From positions 1 to 50,662 of the forward strand of contig CALSSD010000003.1 in assembly GCA_943788915.1 (NCBI GenBank): a stretch of DNA of 50,662 nt. Reading direction: 5' to 3'. Both the position numbers and the translations under genes were made by a program. The notes beneath the pieces are model-generated. The model searched no databases. It was not told the origin of the DNA and saw nothing but the letters and a program-made list of their open reading frames with translations. Shown one piece after another: positions 38,040 to 47,832 of this stretch. The stretch's first letter is position 1. Each line of letters opens with the position of its first letter. This stretch comes from an uncultured Acidimicrobiales bacterium (GTDB taxonomy: Bacteria > Actinomycetota > Acidimicrobiia > Acidimicrobiales > UBA10347).

Positions 38040-38405
38040 ATGAATCGCCGCTCGATGCTCACGTTTTGTGCCGTTGTTGTGTTGCTAACGGTTTCGAGTT
38101 GCAGCCGCGAAGACAACTCGATTCCACCGGTGCAGGAAGAAGACCGCATCGTGCAGACGGCGTCGCTTACCGATGATCCGAACATGCTGCAGATCACGTG
38201 GGATCCCGTGGAATGTGAAACGTTTCAAGAAGTCGAAGTCGAGCTCGAAGAAAACTTCGCCAACTTGCGCATACGGGTGCTCGTCGACGTCGAGAACTGC
38301 CCACCAGGCGGCATGGATCAAGCGGTCGTCGACCTCGGCGCACCACTCGGCGATCGCAAAATCTGGGACCGGGCCTTCGGCGACACCGTCGCACTCACCC
38401 CGTAA
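38040..38405 (+). CDS. Hypothetical lipoprotein
   Basis: MNRR plus hydrophobic signal with VSSC lipobox; Cys pair; C-terminal VDLGAPLGDRKIWD. Confidence 0.75.
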   Translation: MNRRSMLTFCAVVVLLTVSSCSREDNSIPPVQEEDRIVQTASLTDDPNMLQITWDPVECETFQEVEVELEENFANLRIRVLVDVENCPPGGMDQAVVDLGAPLGDRKIWDRAFGDTVALTP

Positions 38406-38469
38406 CCCACCCATCACGCCTCAACCCAAACGACCCTGAACCATGGGGCGACCATGGCGCTCGAGCGAT

Positions 38470-39723
38470 TCAGGAAGCTAGCGAGGCGAGGACATTCCAG
38501 TAGGTGGGGAATGTCTTATTGACACAATCGGGGTCGGTGATGTCGATGCCAGGTGCCCGCAGTCCGGTGATGGCGAAACTCATGGCCATCCGATGGTCGT
38601 GATACGTCTGGATCTCTGCTGGTTGTGGTGTTCCTGGCTGGATCAGGAAGCCGTCCGCTTCTTCGACCGCGTCGATCCCCATACGCTGCAGCTCGGTCAC
38701 CACGGCGCCAACACGATCGGTTTCCTTCTTGCGGATGAAGCCGATGCCGGTGACACGAACCGGGCCGTCGGCGAACGGGGCTATTGCTGCAAGCGTCTGA
38801 GCTGTATCGCTGACCTGCGACATATCCACCTCGATGCCCTGAAGCGACCCGGTGCCTTGCACCTCGATGAAGTCAGCGCCCATCGTGACCTGTGCGCCCA
38901 TGGCCGCAAGGATTTCGACGAAACCAACGTCGCCCTGCAGCGCTTCCGACGACAAACCAGCGATTTTGACCCGGCCTCCGGTCACTGCGGCAGCTGCAAA
39001 GAAGTACGACGCCGCCGAAGCATCCGGTTCGATCATGTACGACGTTGCGGTGTAGCCAACGTTCGGAGCGACAACGAACCGATTCGGCGACGGCTGTTCG
39101 ACCTGCGCTCCGAACGAGCGCATGACCGAGCAGGTCATGTCGAGATACGGCCGCGATACCACGTCGCCCTCGAGATCGAGTTCGAGTCCCTTGGCCGTTC
39201 CTGGCGCCGCCAGCAACATGCCAGACGCGAACTGGCTACTGACCGATGCGCCAAGTGTGAGTGCACCGCCGTCGAACCCTCCGCGCAACGTGATCGGAAG
39301 CGTGTCAGGGGCAATTGTCACGCCAAGGGAACGAAGCGCTTCGACGGTTTCGGCCATGGGCCGGGCACGCATCTCTGGTGCGCCGTCGATGATGTAGATG
39401 CCAGTTCCGCGTGCAGCAAGCGGTGTTGCGAATCGAGCGGTGGTGCCCGACATGCGCACATCGATTTCACGAGGCCCGGGTGTGAGCTGTCCACCTACAC
39501 CGGTGATTTGATACGCGTCAGCTTCGTCGAGTGGTTCGACGACAGCCCCAAGCGCTTGGATAACACCGAGCATCGCTTGGGTGTCATCGGCATCGAGCAC
39601 ACCTCGAAGTTCGCTCACGCCGTCGGCAAGCGCCGCAGCGACAAGTGCTCGATTGGTGATGGACTTGGAACCTGGAATGACGACGTCGGCGTCGATTGTT
39701 CCAACAAGCGGCTCGATCAGCAT
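38470..39723 (-). CDS. aroA: 3-phosphoshikimate 1-carboxyvinyltransferase (EPSP synthase)
   Basis: PGSKSITNRAL, SGTTARF, RARPM, SSQFASG, RKKETDR, DHRMAM and KTFP; start 39723 (TACCGT 7 nt upstream) or 39747. Confidence 0.95.
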   Translation of the reverse strand: MLIEPLVGTIDADVVIPGSKSITNRALVAAALADGVSELRGVLDADDTQAMLGVIQALGAVVEPLDEADAYQITGVGGQLTPGPREIDVRMSGTTARFATPLAARGTGIYIIDGAPEMRARPMAETVEALRSLGVTIAPDTLPITLRGGFDGGALTLGASVSSQFASGMLLAAPGTAKGLELDLEGDVVSRPYLDMTCSVMRSFGAQVEQPSPNRFVVAPNVGYTATSYMIEPDASAASYFFAAAAVTGGRVKIAGLSSEALQGDVGFVEILAAMGAQVTMGADFIEVQGTGSLQGIEVDMSQVSDTAQTLAAIAPFADGPVRVTGIGFIRKKETDRVGAVVTELQRMGIDAVEEADGFLIQPGTPQPAEIQTYHDHRMAMSFAITGLRAPGIDITDPDCVNKTFPTYWNVLASLAS

Positions 39724-39787
39724 GGCGCCGACGGTAGCCGTCTCCATCTGCTGCTCCGACCGGATTACGTGCAAACGAGTGTGTGAT

Positions 39788-40525
39788 CTACCGGAGTGCG
39801 GCCAGGACTTGGTCGGCGATCTCTGGTCGTGACACGACGAACCCAGGGGCAACGGCTCGAGACTTGTTGTAAATCAGCGGATTGCCACCAGCATCGGTCA
39901 CGATCAGACCGGCGGCCTCGGCCACAATCGCTGGTGCGCACACATCCCATTCCCACAGCGGCCCTGCGTGGATGTACGAGTCGACCTGGCCGGTCACCAC
40001 AAGCATGGCTTTGACCCCAGCAGAGCCACACGTCATGAGTTCTGCGTCGAGCGCTTCGGCGACTCGATACCCATCGATGCGCACCCGTGACCTGCCGGTG
40101 ACGATGACCGGGCGCTCCCGTTGCACATCGGGAACAACAGGGGGCGTACCGGTGCCGAACACCATGCCGATCGCCGGTAATGAGACGGCAGCTGCAATCC
40201 CTCGCCCGGCTTCTACAAGGGCTACGTGGACCGCCCATTCGTCGGCGCCTCGGCCAAAGTCGCTGGACCCATCCAGTGGGTCCACAATCCACACCCGGTC
40301 CTGACCCAGGCGATGGCCATCGTCGTGACCTTCTTCGCTCAAGATGCCGTCTTCGTTGCGGTGTTTGGTTAACGCGTCCATCAACAAATTGTGGGCTTCG
40401 GCATCGCCTTGTTCTTCGGGGTACCAGCCGCCCCACTGGCCGGTTCGTATGAGCCGGTCGCGGAGCGCAACAAGATGGTCGCCTGCATCGGAAGCCAACA
40501 TGGCCGCAAGCACATGGTCATCCAT
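39788..40525 (-). CDS. cysQ: 3'(2'),5'-bisphosphate nucleotidase CysQ / inositol monophosphatase family
   Basis: ILSEE, WIVDPLDGS, WAVHVAL, GSAGVK and WEWDVCAP motifs. Confidence 0.82.
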   Translation of the reverse strand: MDDHVLAAMLASDAGDHLVALRDRLIRTGQWGGWYPEEQGDAEAHNLLMDALTKHRNEDGILSEEGHDDGHRLGQDRVWIVDPLDGSSDFGRGADEWAVHVALVEAGRGIAAAVSLPAIGMVFGTGTPPVVPDVQRERPVIVTGRSRVRIDGYRVAEALDAELMTCGSAGVKAMLVVTGQVDSYIHAGPLWEWDVCAPAIVAEAAGLIVTDAGGNPLIYNKSRAVAPGFVVSRPEIADQVLAALR

Positions 40526-40698
40526 AGAGCCGGGGTCAGGGGTAGCCGCGGCGTCGTTCGCTGATACAGGCTCATTCGCGGAAGACTCGATGGGACCAAG
40601 CTATCGCAGCCACCGTTCACGACATGGGTTGACGCACACGGTTGGACGCGGCAGGGTCGGTCCGGCGCATGAAGCTGGCCCTGGACTAGCTTCTTCCA

Positions 40699-41595
40699 GT
40701 GGCCAAGAATGCAGACGCTGCCGGTAAAGCGGCGGACACACCCGCCCGCAAAGCGCGGGACTGGAAACTCGACACCGACGGCGATGGTCTCGGTCTCGAT
40801 GATCTTGTCAATCGGCTCGACTCGTTCCAGATGTTGCGCAAGTCGACCGGCGCCGACGCCGATCAGGTGCTGACCGAACTCGGCGCTACCAGCGAGATCG
40901 ATCGGGAAATCGTCTTGCAGCTTGGCGCCAAACGGCCGCTCGGCCACCCACAACGTTTCGAAGAAGCGCACAGTCTCGCGGTTCGTTCGCTCGAAGTTCT
41001 CGACCGCAATGGCCACCGATCGGTTCCGGTTCCGAACCTGAGCTTCCTCTCCCCTGTCGTGAGCTTCCTGGTCCAGATCGTGACCCAGTTCATCGTCCGC
41101 AGCTACATCAGCAGCGTCATCGACAGCATGTACCGCCTCTACGAACGGCGCGAGGCGGCGTCACCTGCCGACTGGGAACACCTACCCATGCTGACACGGG
41201 CTCGTATTCACACCGAACGTATTCGACCTGGCTTCAAGCGCAGCAAACTCGCATTGCCTGGTTTCTTGTTTGGTGGTGTGATCTTGTCTCCGCTCATTGG
41301 CGTCGTCCAGAGCGCCATCAGCAGCCTGAACAACGAGCCGGTCCGACTCGGACTCCTTATCGTCTTGTTCCTGTTGATGACCACCGTGTCATGGGTCCTG
41401 GTGAAAGGAAGCGCAGTCGCTCGCCGCCGGATCCGCCTCACGGCCGAGAACCCCATCAAGGCGCTCTACCAAATCATCGGCCGGTGCGGGAACCCTCCTG
41501 GCAACATGAGCACCGTCTTTGCCGTCATTTCATTGATCCTGACGCTCATCTCTCTGGTTGTTGTTGCCGTCGGAATCATCGACGTTCTCACGTAA
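40699..41595 (+). CDS. Hypothetical membrane protein
   Basis: 298-aa ORF with strong codon bias and 3-4 hydrophobic segments; TAGCTT 6 nt upstream. Confidence 0.8.
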   Translation: MAKNADAAGKAADTPARKARDWKLDTDGDGLGLDDLVNRLDSFQMLRKSTGADADQVLTELGATSEIDREIVLQLGAKRPLGHPQRFEEAHSLAVRSLEVLDRNGHRSVPVPNLSFLSPVVSFLVQIVTQFIVRSYISSVIDSMYRLYERREAASPADWEHLPMLTRARIHTERIRPGFKRSKLALPGFLFGGVILSPLIGVVQSAISSLNNEPVRLGLLIVLFLLMTTVSWVLVKGSAVARRRIRLTAENPIKALYQIIGRCGNPPGNMSTVFAVISLILTLISLVVVAVGIIDVLT

Positions 41596-41606
41596 TCTGT
41601 AACGGC

Positions 41607-42308
41607 GTGTCCGCTGATCTTCAACCGCTCCCCCGTCTACGCCGCAAGAGGCGGCTTGATCTGCCGAAGTTCATTGGACGTTTTTCCGAGGGTGTTGCCG
41701 AAATCGATGCCCAGGTCGAGCAGTACCACCGCAAATGGGACACAGCTAACGAAGCCGCTCGCCGAACGACAGGTCCCCTGTGGGTTGCCTTGGGCGATTC
41801 CTCAACTCAGGGAGTCGGCGCCAGTGCGTGGGAACACGGATGGACACATACCGTGCTGGATCGACTTCGCGAAGCCACCGGCGAATCGTGGCGGCTCATC
41901 AACCTTTCGATGAGCGGAGGCCGCTTCCTCGACGTCGCCGACCGGCAGATACCGGTGCTCAACACCATGCTCGACGAGCCCCAACTTGTTACCTGCGTGA
42001 TCGGCAGCAATGACCTGATGTGGCGTCGGGGTGTGCGTGGTATCACCACCGACGCGGATCGTGCCGTAGATCGCATCCCACCCGGCGCTTTCGTCAGCAA
42101 GCTCAACGGCCCAGGACCTCGACCGAAGATGCTCAACACGATCTTTGAACGGGGTGCCGAAACCAGGGATCATCAACTGTTTAATGTTTGGAATTGGCCA
42201 TCGGGCCGAGGCGCCCTGGCTGCCGACCGTGTACACCCCAGCGATGTTGGCTACCAGCACATGACCGAGCTCACCTGGAGCGCTCTTGAAGAGAACCTCG
42301 GGCTGTAG
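41607..42308 (+). CDS. SGNH/GDSL hydrolase
   Basis: WVALGDSSTQGVGA, INLSMSG, IGSND and DRVHPS. Confidence 0.9.
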   Translation: MSADLQPLPRLRRKRRLDLPKFIGRFSEGVAEIDAQVEQYHRKWDTANEAARRTTGPLWVALGDSSTQGVGASAWEHGWTHTVLDRLREATGESWRLINLSMSGGRFLDVADRQIPVLNTMLDEPQLVTCVIGSNDLMWRRGVRGITTDADRAVDRIPPGAFVSKLNGPGPRPKMLNTIFERGAETRDHQLFNVWNWPSGRGALAADRVHPSDVGYQHMTELTWSALEENLGL

Positions 42309-42317
42309 CGTTCCACC

Positions 42318-43853
42318 ATGGCTTGGTGGCTTATCGTTCTGATCATTGTCGGCGTTCTCGTGTTGCTCGTTGCGCTCTACGACATCGTGCAGCCACGCGA
42401 CCCAATCGTTCGCAACTTCCCAGTTGTTGGACACTTCCGCACGGTGTTATCCAGCAGCGGACCGAAGTTGCGTCAGTACATCGTTGCGGCCAACGACGAG
42501 GAACGGCCGTTCTCGCGAGACCAACGGACGTGGGTGTACGGAACCGCTGCCGGCGAAGGCGCCTACTTCGGTTTCGGCACCGACAATGTGATCGATCGTG
42601 ACAACCACATCATCATCAAACAAAGCACCTTTCCCGACACCACCCCGATTGGCGAGAACGCACCCCTCCCTTGCGCCAAGATCATGGGAGCGTGGCGAGA
42701 CCGTACCCACCAGTTCCGTCCAGAGTCGGTCGTGTATGTCTCGGCTATGAGTTATGGCTCGCTCAGCGCCCGTGCGGTCGAGGCCATCAATCGCGGCTGT
42801 GCGGTCTCTGGCGCCATGCACAACACCGGCGAAGGTGGTGTGGCATTCCCCCATCGCAATGGCGGCGCACTCATGTTCCAGTTCGGCACCGGCTACTTCG
42901 GCTGCCGGAACAAGGATGGCACCTTCTCATTAGAAGCTCTCTGTGAAACTGTGGCGTCCGCCGAGGTGGGCTGTATCGAGGTCAAACTCAGCCAAGGCGC
43001 CAAACCCGGACTCGGTGGCGTGTTACCAGGCAAAAAGGTTACGCCTGCCATCGCTGAGGCACGGGGCGTAGAGATCGGCCAAACCGTGTTCAGCCCGAAC
43101 CGGCACTCGGCGTTTCATGACGTCGACGGCCTCATCGATTTTGTCGAGACGATCGCCGATGCCACAGGCCTGCCTGTGGGCATCAAGTCTGCGGTTGGCC
43201 AGCAGGCGTTCTGGGACGAACTTGCCCAACGCATGGCCGCCCGGAACCAGGGCCCTGACTTCATCACGATCGATGGAGGCGAGGGCGGAACCGGTGCCGC
43301 TCCACTTGTATTCAGCGACCATGTTTCCTTGCCATTCAGAGAAGGATTCGCCCGGGCTCACCAACCATTCGTCGCTGCCGGGTTACACCAACACATCATC
43401 TTCTCGGGGTCTGGTCGGCTCGGGTTTCCGGCCGATGCACTGCTTGCATTTGCCATGGGAGTCGACATGATCGGTCTGGCCCGCGAACCCATGTTGGCAC
43501 TCGGCTGCATTCAGGCACAACGTTGCCATGACGGTCATTGCCCCACCGGTATCACCACGCACAACAAATGGCTGGTGCGTGGCCTTGACCCCACCGACAA
43601 GGCCACCAAACTCGCTAACTATCTGGTCGGGCTGCGGGGTGAGATCTTGAAACTCTCACATGCATGTGGGGTGGTCCACCCTGCGTTGGTCACCGCCGAA
43701 ATGATCGAGATGATCGACGCTCCTAACCGATCGGCGACAGTCGCTGAACTCTTCAATATCGACGCGGCCTTGCCGTCGATCGACGCAGACCAGCAACAGG
43801 CCATCACCCAGGTGATGGCGTCACTCGGGGAAAGCGCCTCAGCCGCCCACTAG
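42318..43853 (+). CDS. FMN-binding glutamate synthase family protein
   Basis: SAMSYGSLS, NTGEGG, EVKLSQGAKPGLGG, DGGEGGTGAAP and the CIQAQRCHDGHCP Fe-S motif; N-terminal TM. Confidence 0.92.
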   Translation: MAWWLIVLIIVGVLVLLVALYDIVQPRDPIVRNFPVVGHFRTVLSSSGPKLRQYIVAANDEERPFSRDQRTWVYGTAAGEGAYFGFGTDNVIDRDNHIIIKQSTFPDTTPIGENAPLPCAKIMGAWRDRTHQFRPESVVYVSAMSYGSLSARAVEAINRGCAVSGAMHNTGEGGVAFPHRNGGALMFQFGTGYFGCRNKDGTFSLEALCETVASAEVGCIEVKLSQGAKPGLGGVLPGKKVTPAIAEARGVEIGQTVFSPNRHSAFHDVDGLIDFVETIADATGLPVGIKSAVGQQAFWDELAQRMAARNQGPDFITIDGGEGGTGAAPLVFSDHVSLPFREGFARAHQPFVAAGLHQHIIFSGSGRLGFPADALLAFAMGVDMIGLAREPMLALGCIQAQRCHDGHCPTGITTHNKWLVRGLDPTDKATKLANYLVGLRGEILKLSHACGVVHPALVTAEMIEMIDAPNRSATVAELFNIDAALPSIDADQQQAITQVMASLGESASAAH

Positions 43854-43879
43854 ACAGCCAAACCCTGGACCTCCTGGGT

Positions 43880-45985
43880 TTAGCCGCCGGCGAGGCATGG
43901 GCTGATCGCACCGAACAGCGTTTGTTGCTCGGGAAGTTCGCCATCGATTGTGGCTTGCACCAGCAGCAAACGACCAGCCTCATCGACGCAGTCGGTGGCA
44001 TAGTCGGGCAAGGTGAAGCCAAAGTCGGCAAGTGCATCACTGAGCGAAACGCAGTCGCCAACCAGTTCGCCGACGGGGAGCCGTTCGTCGGCGGCCGCAT
44101 CGGCCAGAGTGAACGCCAGCATCGAACGAACGGCATCAGGTGTTGCAAGGCCGTCGGACAGACACGCAAGCGAGTCTGCACCTACGAGGCCACCGAAGTT
44201 GTTCGCAAGCACCGATGTCATGACTTCACCGATGACAGTCGGTTCAGCGCACGCAAACAGCGCCTCAACCGTTGCATCGATCTCGTCGCGCTGCGGAGGT
44301 GGTGCCAACGAACTACCAGCGTCCTGCAGACAGGCTTCGATCGCTGGGGGTAAGGCAAAACCAACGTCGGTTCCGGCGTCAACCGGACCCTCGCCTTCTG
44401 GCGCAGCAGGTTGTGCACCAGTGGCTCGGCGAGTCGCAATCGTGGCGAAACACATCTCGTCGTTCGTGCCGTCCGCCCACAGGATGTAGGCCGGTTCAAG
44501 ATCAGGTGCCCGACGGCTGCGATCCCACACACAGTCCAGTTGCACGGTGTCCCCCGGTCGGAGGACGACCGATTCGGTCGGGTAATAGTTGTACTGCCAG
44601 TCAAAATCCCAATCAGGAATATCCAGCAGAATTCGCTCGCGGGGAGTACCAGCATTGAGCGTCATGCGAACCGACTTACCGATCTCGTGCTGATGCCCAA
44701 ACACCGAGACGATTTCGCCGCTGTTTCTCACAGGAATGGTGCAGGTTGATGATGCGATCCCCTCGGTCATGTCTGCGAAGTCCTCGGGTTTCGCCCGACA
44801 CACCCGATTGATGAAATCGGCTTGAACACCCTGGACCCCATACCTTTCGTACGCCCGAGCTAGGGCGACATCACGGTCGCACAACGGCCCAGTTTCTTCG
44901 GCGGTACACGGGATCTCGGCTGGGCCCAGATAGGTCTCGGTCACGATTTCGTCCAGATCCTGACCATCGGCCCAGTCGAGCTTGATGGTCGATCTGTCTT
45001 CGGGTGCGTCGGCGGTGTCGAAGTGGTAGTGAATCTGCAACACGATGAAGTCCCCTGGTTCAACCAGCATCCCCGCCCCGTCGGGAAACTCTGTCGGCAG
45101 TTGGCCTGGTGCCCAGCCAAGGAATAGCGCGTCGCCACTCCGCAGCCCCGATCCCCCGTAACATGACCATCCGCCGAGGTCGTCTTCGTCGGACAGGCGT
45201 TGTGCGTCCTCCCGAACCGAACCGGGCGCGAGATACCCGATCGCATGATGCACGATCTGCGTCTGGTCTGGCACGAACTCGAACCCCGACAGCCAGCGTG
45301 ACTCATCGATGTCAAGTTCATAGATCAGACAGCGATAGTCGTCGGCAACTGCCGTGGATCCTTGGAACGGTTCGAGCGGGCCGATCTCCACATCGGCGTC
45401 CAGCGCCACAACGCCGGTGGACGAACTGATGAGCGTCGTGTCCGCAACATCGAGAGGTGCACCCGCACCTGACCAAGCCTGGATCGCTTCGATTTCGTCG
45501 CTCCGCAGGCTGCGATTGTCGTGAAAGATGAGCGACAGGTCGCTGGCAGGCCACGGCGGCATGTAGCCGGTGGAAACCGCGGCGGTGATCCATTCGTGCG
45601 TATCGACGAGGTCAGTGGCCTGCTCGAGTCGCCAGTGGACAGCACCGGGACCTCCAGCGTTATGACAGCTCGCGCAGTTGTCGGCGAATATCGGAGCGAT
45701 CGATGTGCCGAAGTCGTCATTGAACACGACTGGTTCGATCACCGTCGGAGGCGCAGGAGTCGGCCGCGTCGCCGTTGGTTTCGGGGAGGCAGTAGGCACA
45801 GCGGTCGGGGGCATAGCGGTCGGCGGCATAGCGGTCGCCGGCGGCGCCGTGGGAGTGGTCACGGAGTCGGGGGCGGCAGCTAGATCCTGAGTGGCGCCAG
45901 CCACTGCATCGATGTCGCTTCCCGAACAGGCGGTCGCCCCCAACACAACAAGAAAGATGGCTAGAACCCACACACGGCGCTTCAC
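43880..45985 (-). CDS. Lipoprotein: c-type cytochrome motif fused to a copper type II ascorbate-dependent monooxygenase (PHM/DBH-like) domain
   Basis: ATAC lipobox, Pro/Thr linker, CASCH, MPPW, DDYRC, IVHHAI, LQIHYH, GHQHEIG, WDFDWQ and DEMC; TACGAT 6 nt before GTG 45985. Confidence 0.8.
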   Translation of the reverse strand: MKRRVWVLAIFLVVLGATACSGSDIDAVAGATQDLAAAPDSVTTPTAPPATAMPPTAMPPTAVPTASPKPTATRPTPAPPTVIEPVVFNDDFGTSIAPIFADNCASCHNAGGPGAVHWRLEQATDLVDTHEWITAAVSTGYMPPWPASDLSLIFHDNRSLRSDEIEAIQAWSGAGAPLDVADTTLISSSTGVVALDADVEIGPLEPFQGSTAVADDYRCLIYELDIDESRWLSGFEFVPDQTQIVHHAIGYLAPGSVREDAQRLSDEDDLGGWSCYGGSGLRSGDALFLGWAPGQLPTEFPDGAGMLVEPGDFIVLQIHYHFDTADAPEDRSTIKLDWADGQDLDEIVTETYLGPAEIPCTAEETGPLCDRDVALARAYERYGVQGVQADFINRVCRAKPEDFADMTEGIASSTCTIPVRNSGEIVSVFGHQHEIGKSVRMTLNAGTPRERILLDIPDWDFDWQYNYYPTESVVLRPGDTVQLDCVWDRSRRAPDLEPAYILWADGTNDEMCFATIATRRATGAQPAAPEGEGPVDAGTDVGFALPPAIEACLQDAGSSLAPPPQRDEIDATVEALFACAEPTVIGEVMTSVLANNFGGLVGADSLACLSDGLATPDAVRSMLAFTLADAAADERLPVGELVGDCVSLSDALADFGFTLPDYATDCVDEAGRLLLVQATIDGELPEQQTLFGAISPCLAGG
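45795..45839. repeat. 3 x 15-bp in-frame repeat (encodes the PTAMP linker)
   Basis: ggcacagcggtcggg / ggcatagcggtcggc / ggcatagcggtcgcc. Confidence 0.8.
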
Positions 45986-45991
45986 CCCAGA

Positions 45992-45997
45992 ATCGTA
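45992..45997 (-). promoter_or_regulatory. -10 box TACGAT for the copper monooxygenase
   Basis: TANNNT 6 nt before GTG 45985. Confidence 0.55.
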
Positions 45998-46106
45998 GGT
46001 CGATATCTCCCAAGTCTCCGAGCGGAACGTGGTCACAAAACCACTGGCTGCAACCAGAGCGGCCACCGGCCCGTGTGGGACACATCGAGATGCCATGATG
46101 TGGGCC

Positions 46107-47811
46107 ATGACCGATTTGGGCATACCGGGCGTAGGCGATGCAGCAGTCATTGCCTCAGGCGGCAGCGCGCTGGTATACGAAGCGCTGAGCGGTACCGGTG
46201 AACGACTTGCGGTCAAGGTGTTACGGGGCATCCATGGCTCCGAGGTCACTCGCCGTTTCGACCGTGAGATCACCGCAGGCGAGCGGCTTGAGGGCCACCC
46301 CCACATCATGCGTATTCTCCACTCGGGGTTCACCGGCGCCGATGAGCCGTATCTGGTCATGCCGCTCTACCCCGCGGGCAGCCTGAACGACGAACTTGAA
46401 CAGACCGGTGCGTTTCCGCTTCACCGGGCAACCGGCGATGTAGCGATGGTTGCTGATGCTCTGGAGTTTGCTCATCAGCGGGGTGTCCTTCACCGCGACA
46501 TCAAGCCCGGAAACATCATGCGAGCTAACGATGGGTCGATCGTGGTCACCGACTTCGGCATCGCCCGTGTCGTTGATGCCGGCATCACGTCAGCGACGAT
46601 CGGTGCCAGCACCCCGCTCTACGCCGCTCCTGAGGTCCTAGCCGAGAACGAGGCCAGCGTACGTTCCGAGATCTACGGTCTGGGCGCGTTGTTATACGCG
46701 CTCCTTGCTGGCCGAGCGTCGTTCTCAGGCAGCGACAACATCTGGGCCACGATGAACCGGATCCGTACCGAGACACCACCCCCGATCCTCGGTGTACCAG
46801 CGCCCGTCATGCGTGTTATCGAACAGGCGATGGCGAAGCGCCCGGCAGATCGCCCCGCGAGCGCGCAACACTTCCGAGAGAATCTCCGCATCGCTCTGAC
46901 CGCCGATGATTCGTGGCGCCCACCACTACCCATCACCGTCGAACTGACACACAACGACGTTGTCCTTGGTCCGTCGATGCGAGACGAGATCAGCCCGTCT
47001 GTGGTGACTCCTACCTTCGAGGCTCCTCGTCTTGCCTCCCCCACCCTCTTGCCCCCAGTAGCCCCACCACCGCCGGCCCGACATCGGCCTGCACCTGCTG
47101 TAGGAACAGCCCCCAGCCGAGACTCATCGCTGGGAAAGATCCTGAGCGCCGCTGCTGTGCTCGTGTTGGTCGCAGCACTTGGTTGGTGGGGCACCTCGCA
47201 GCTTCTAAACCGCAACCAGATCAGCGACGCAGTTGTAGCGCCGCCCGTCGACAACTCGTTGCCTTCCCCCGGCAGCGAAACCAACGACAGTGACACCAAC
47301 GACAGTGACACCAACGACGAGTCACACCACCGACAGTGACTCCGACGATGTGAACATCGACGATCTGCCGCGCTCTCCCCAGATCCCCAACACGTTCGTG
47401 AGCTTCGCCGGTGACCATTTCTCGGCGCTGTTCCCCGAGGGATGGGCCCTCGCAGCACGCGACGTCGACGAGGGTTACGGCTTCCGCAGCCGATTCGTAA
47501 ACAACGACATGTATCTGAACGTCGACACCACGCCGAAGGAACAACGCGAACCTGGCGGCGACATCAGCGAAAGTGCACGCGACATCGCTGCGGGTATCGC
47601 CTCCGCATCGCTGGTACGCACCGAAGAGATCGACGGCCTCGTTATGCATTCGTTCACGTTTCGCAATCAGCAGGGTGTCGGAAGCATCGATATCTTCTTC
47701 GAAGTTGATGGCGATGGTTACGCCGTTGTTGCTGGCTCAGCCACCGACCCCGACACCGCATTTGCCACCGCCAGGCTTGTTGCGCTCAGTATTCGTAGCA
47801 ATCCTTCCTAA
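46107..47811 (+). CDS. Membrane Ser/Thr protein kinase with extracellular domain, frameshifted at about 47319
   Basis: AVKVL, HRDIKPGN, DFG and YAAPE, then a Pro-rich linker and TM; the C-terminal domain continues in ORF 47290-47811. Confidence 0.88.
47280..47340. repeat. 4 x 15-bp tandem repeat (TNDSD); the third unit carries an extra G
   Basis: accaacgacagtgac twice, accaacgacGagtcac (16 nt), accaccgacagtgac. Confidence 0.85.
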
Positions 47812-47832
47812 ACCCGGTAGAAACCAATCATC

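Noticed and set aside
34881..39786. Long antisense ORFs (34881-36065, 38593-39786 and similar ones elsewhere)
   Set aside because: Shadow frames of well-supported genes, caused by high-GC3 codon bias.
42318..43853. gltB glutamate synthase large subunit
   Set aside because: Only the FMN-binding domain (511 aa) is present, with no amidotransferase domain and no gltD.
45986..46360. 125-aa N-terminal extension of the copper monooxygenase ORF
   Set aside because: Overlaps the divergent kinase; the signal peptide and -10 box place the start at 45985.
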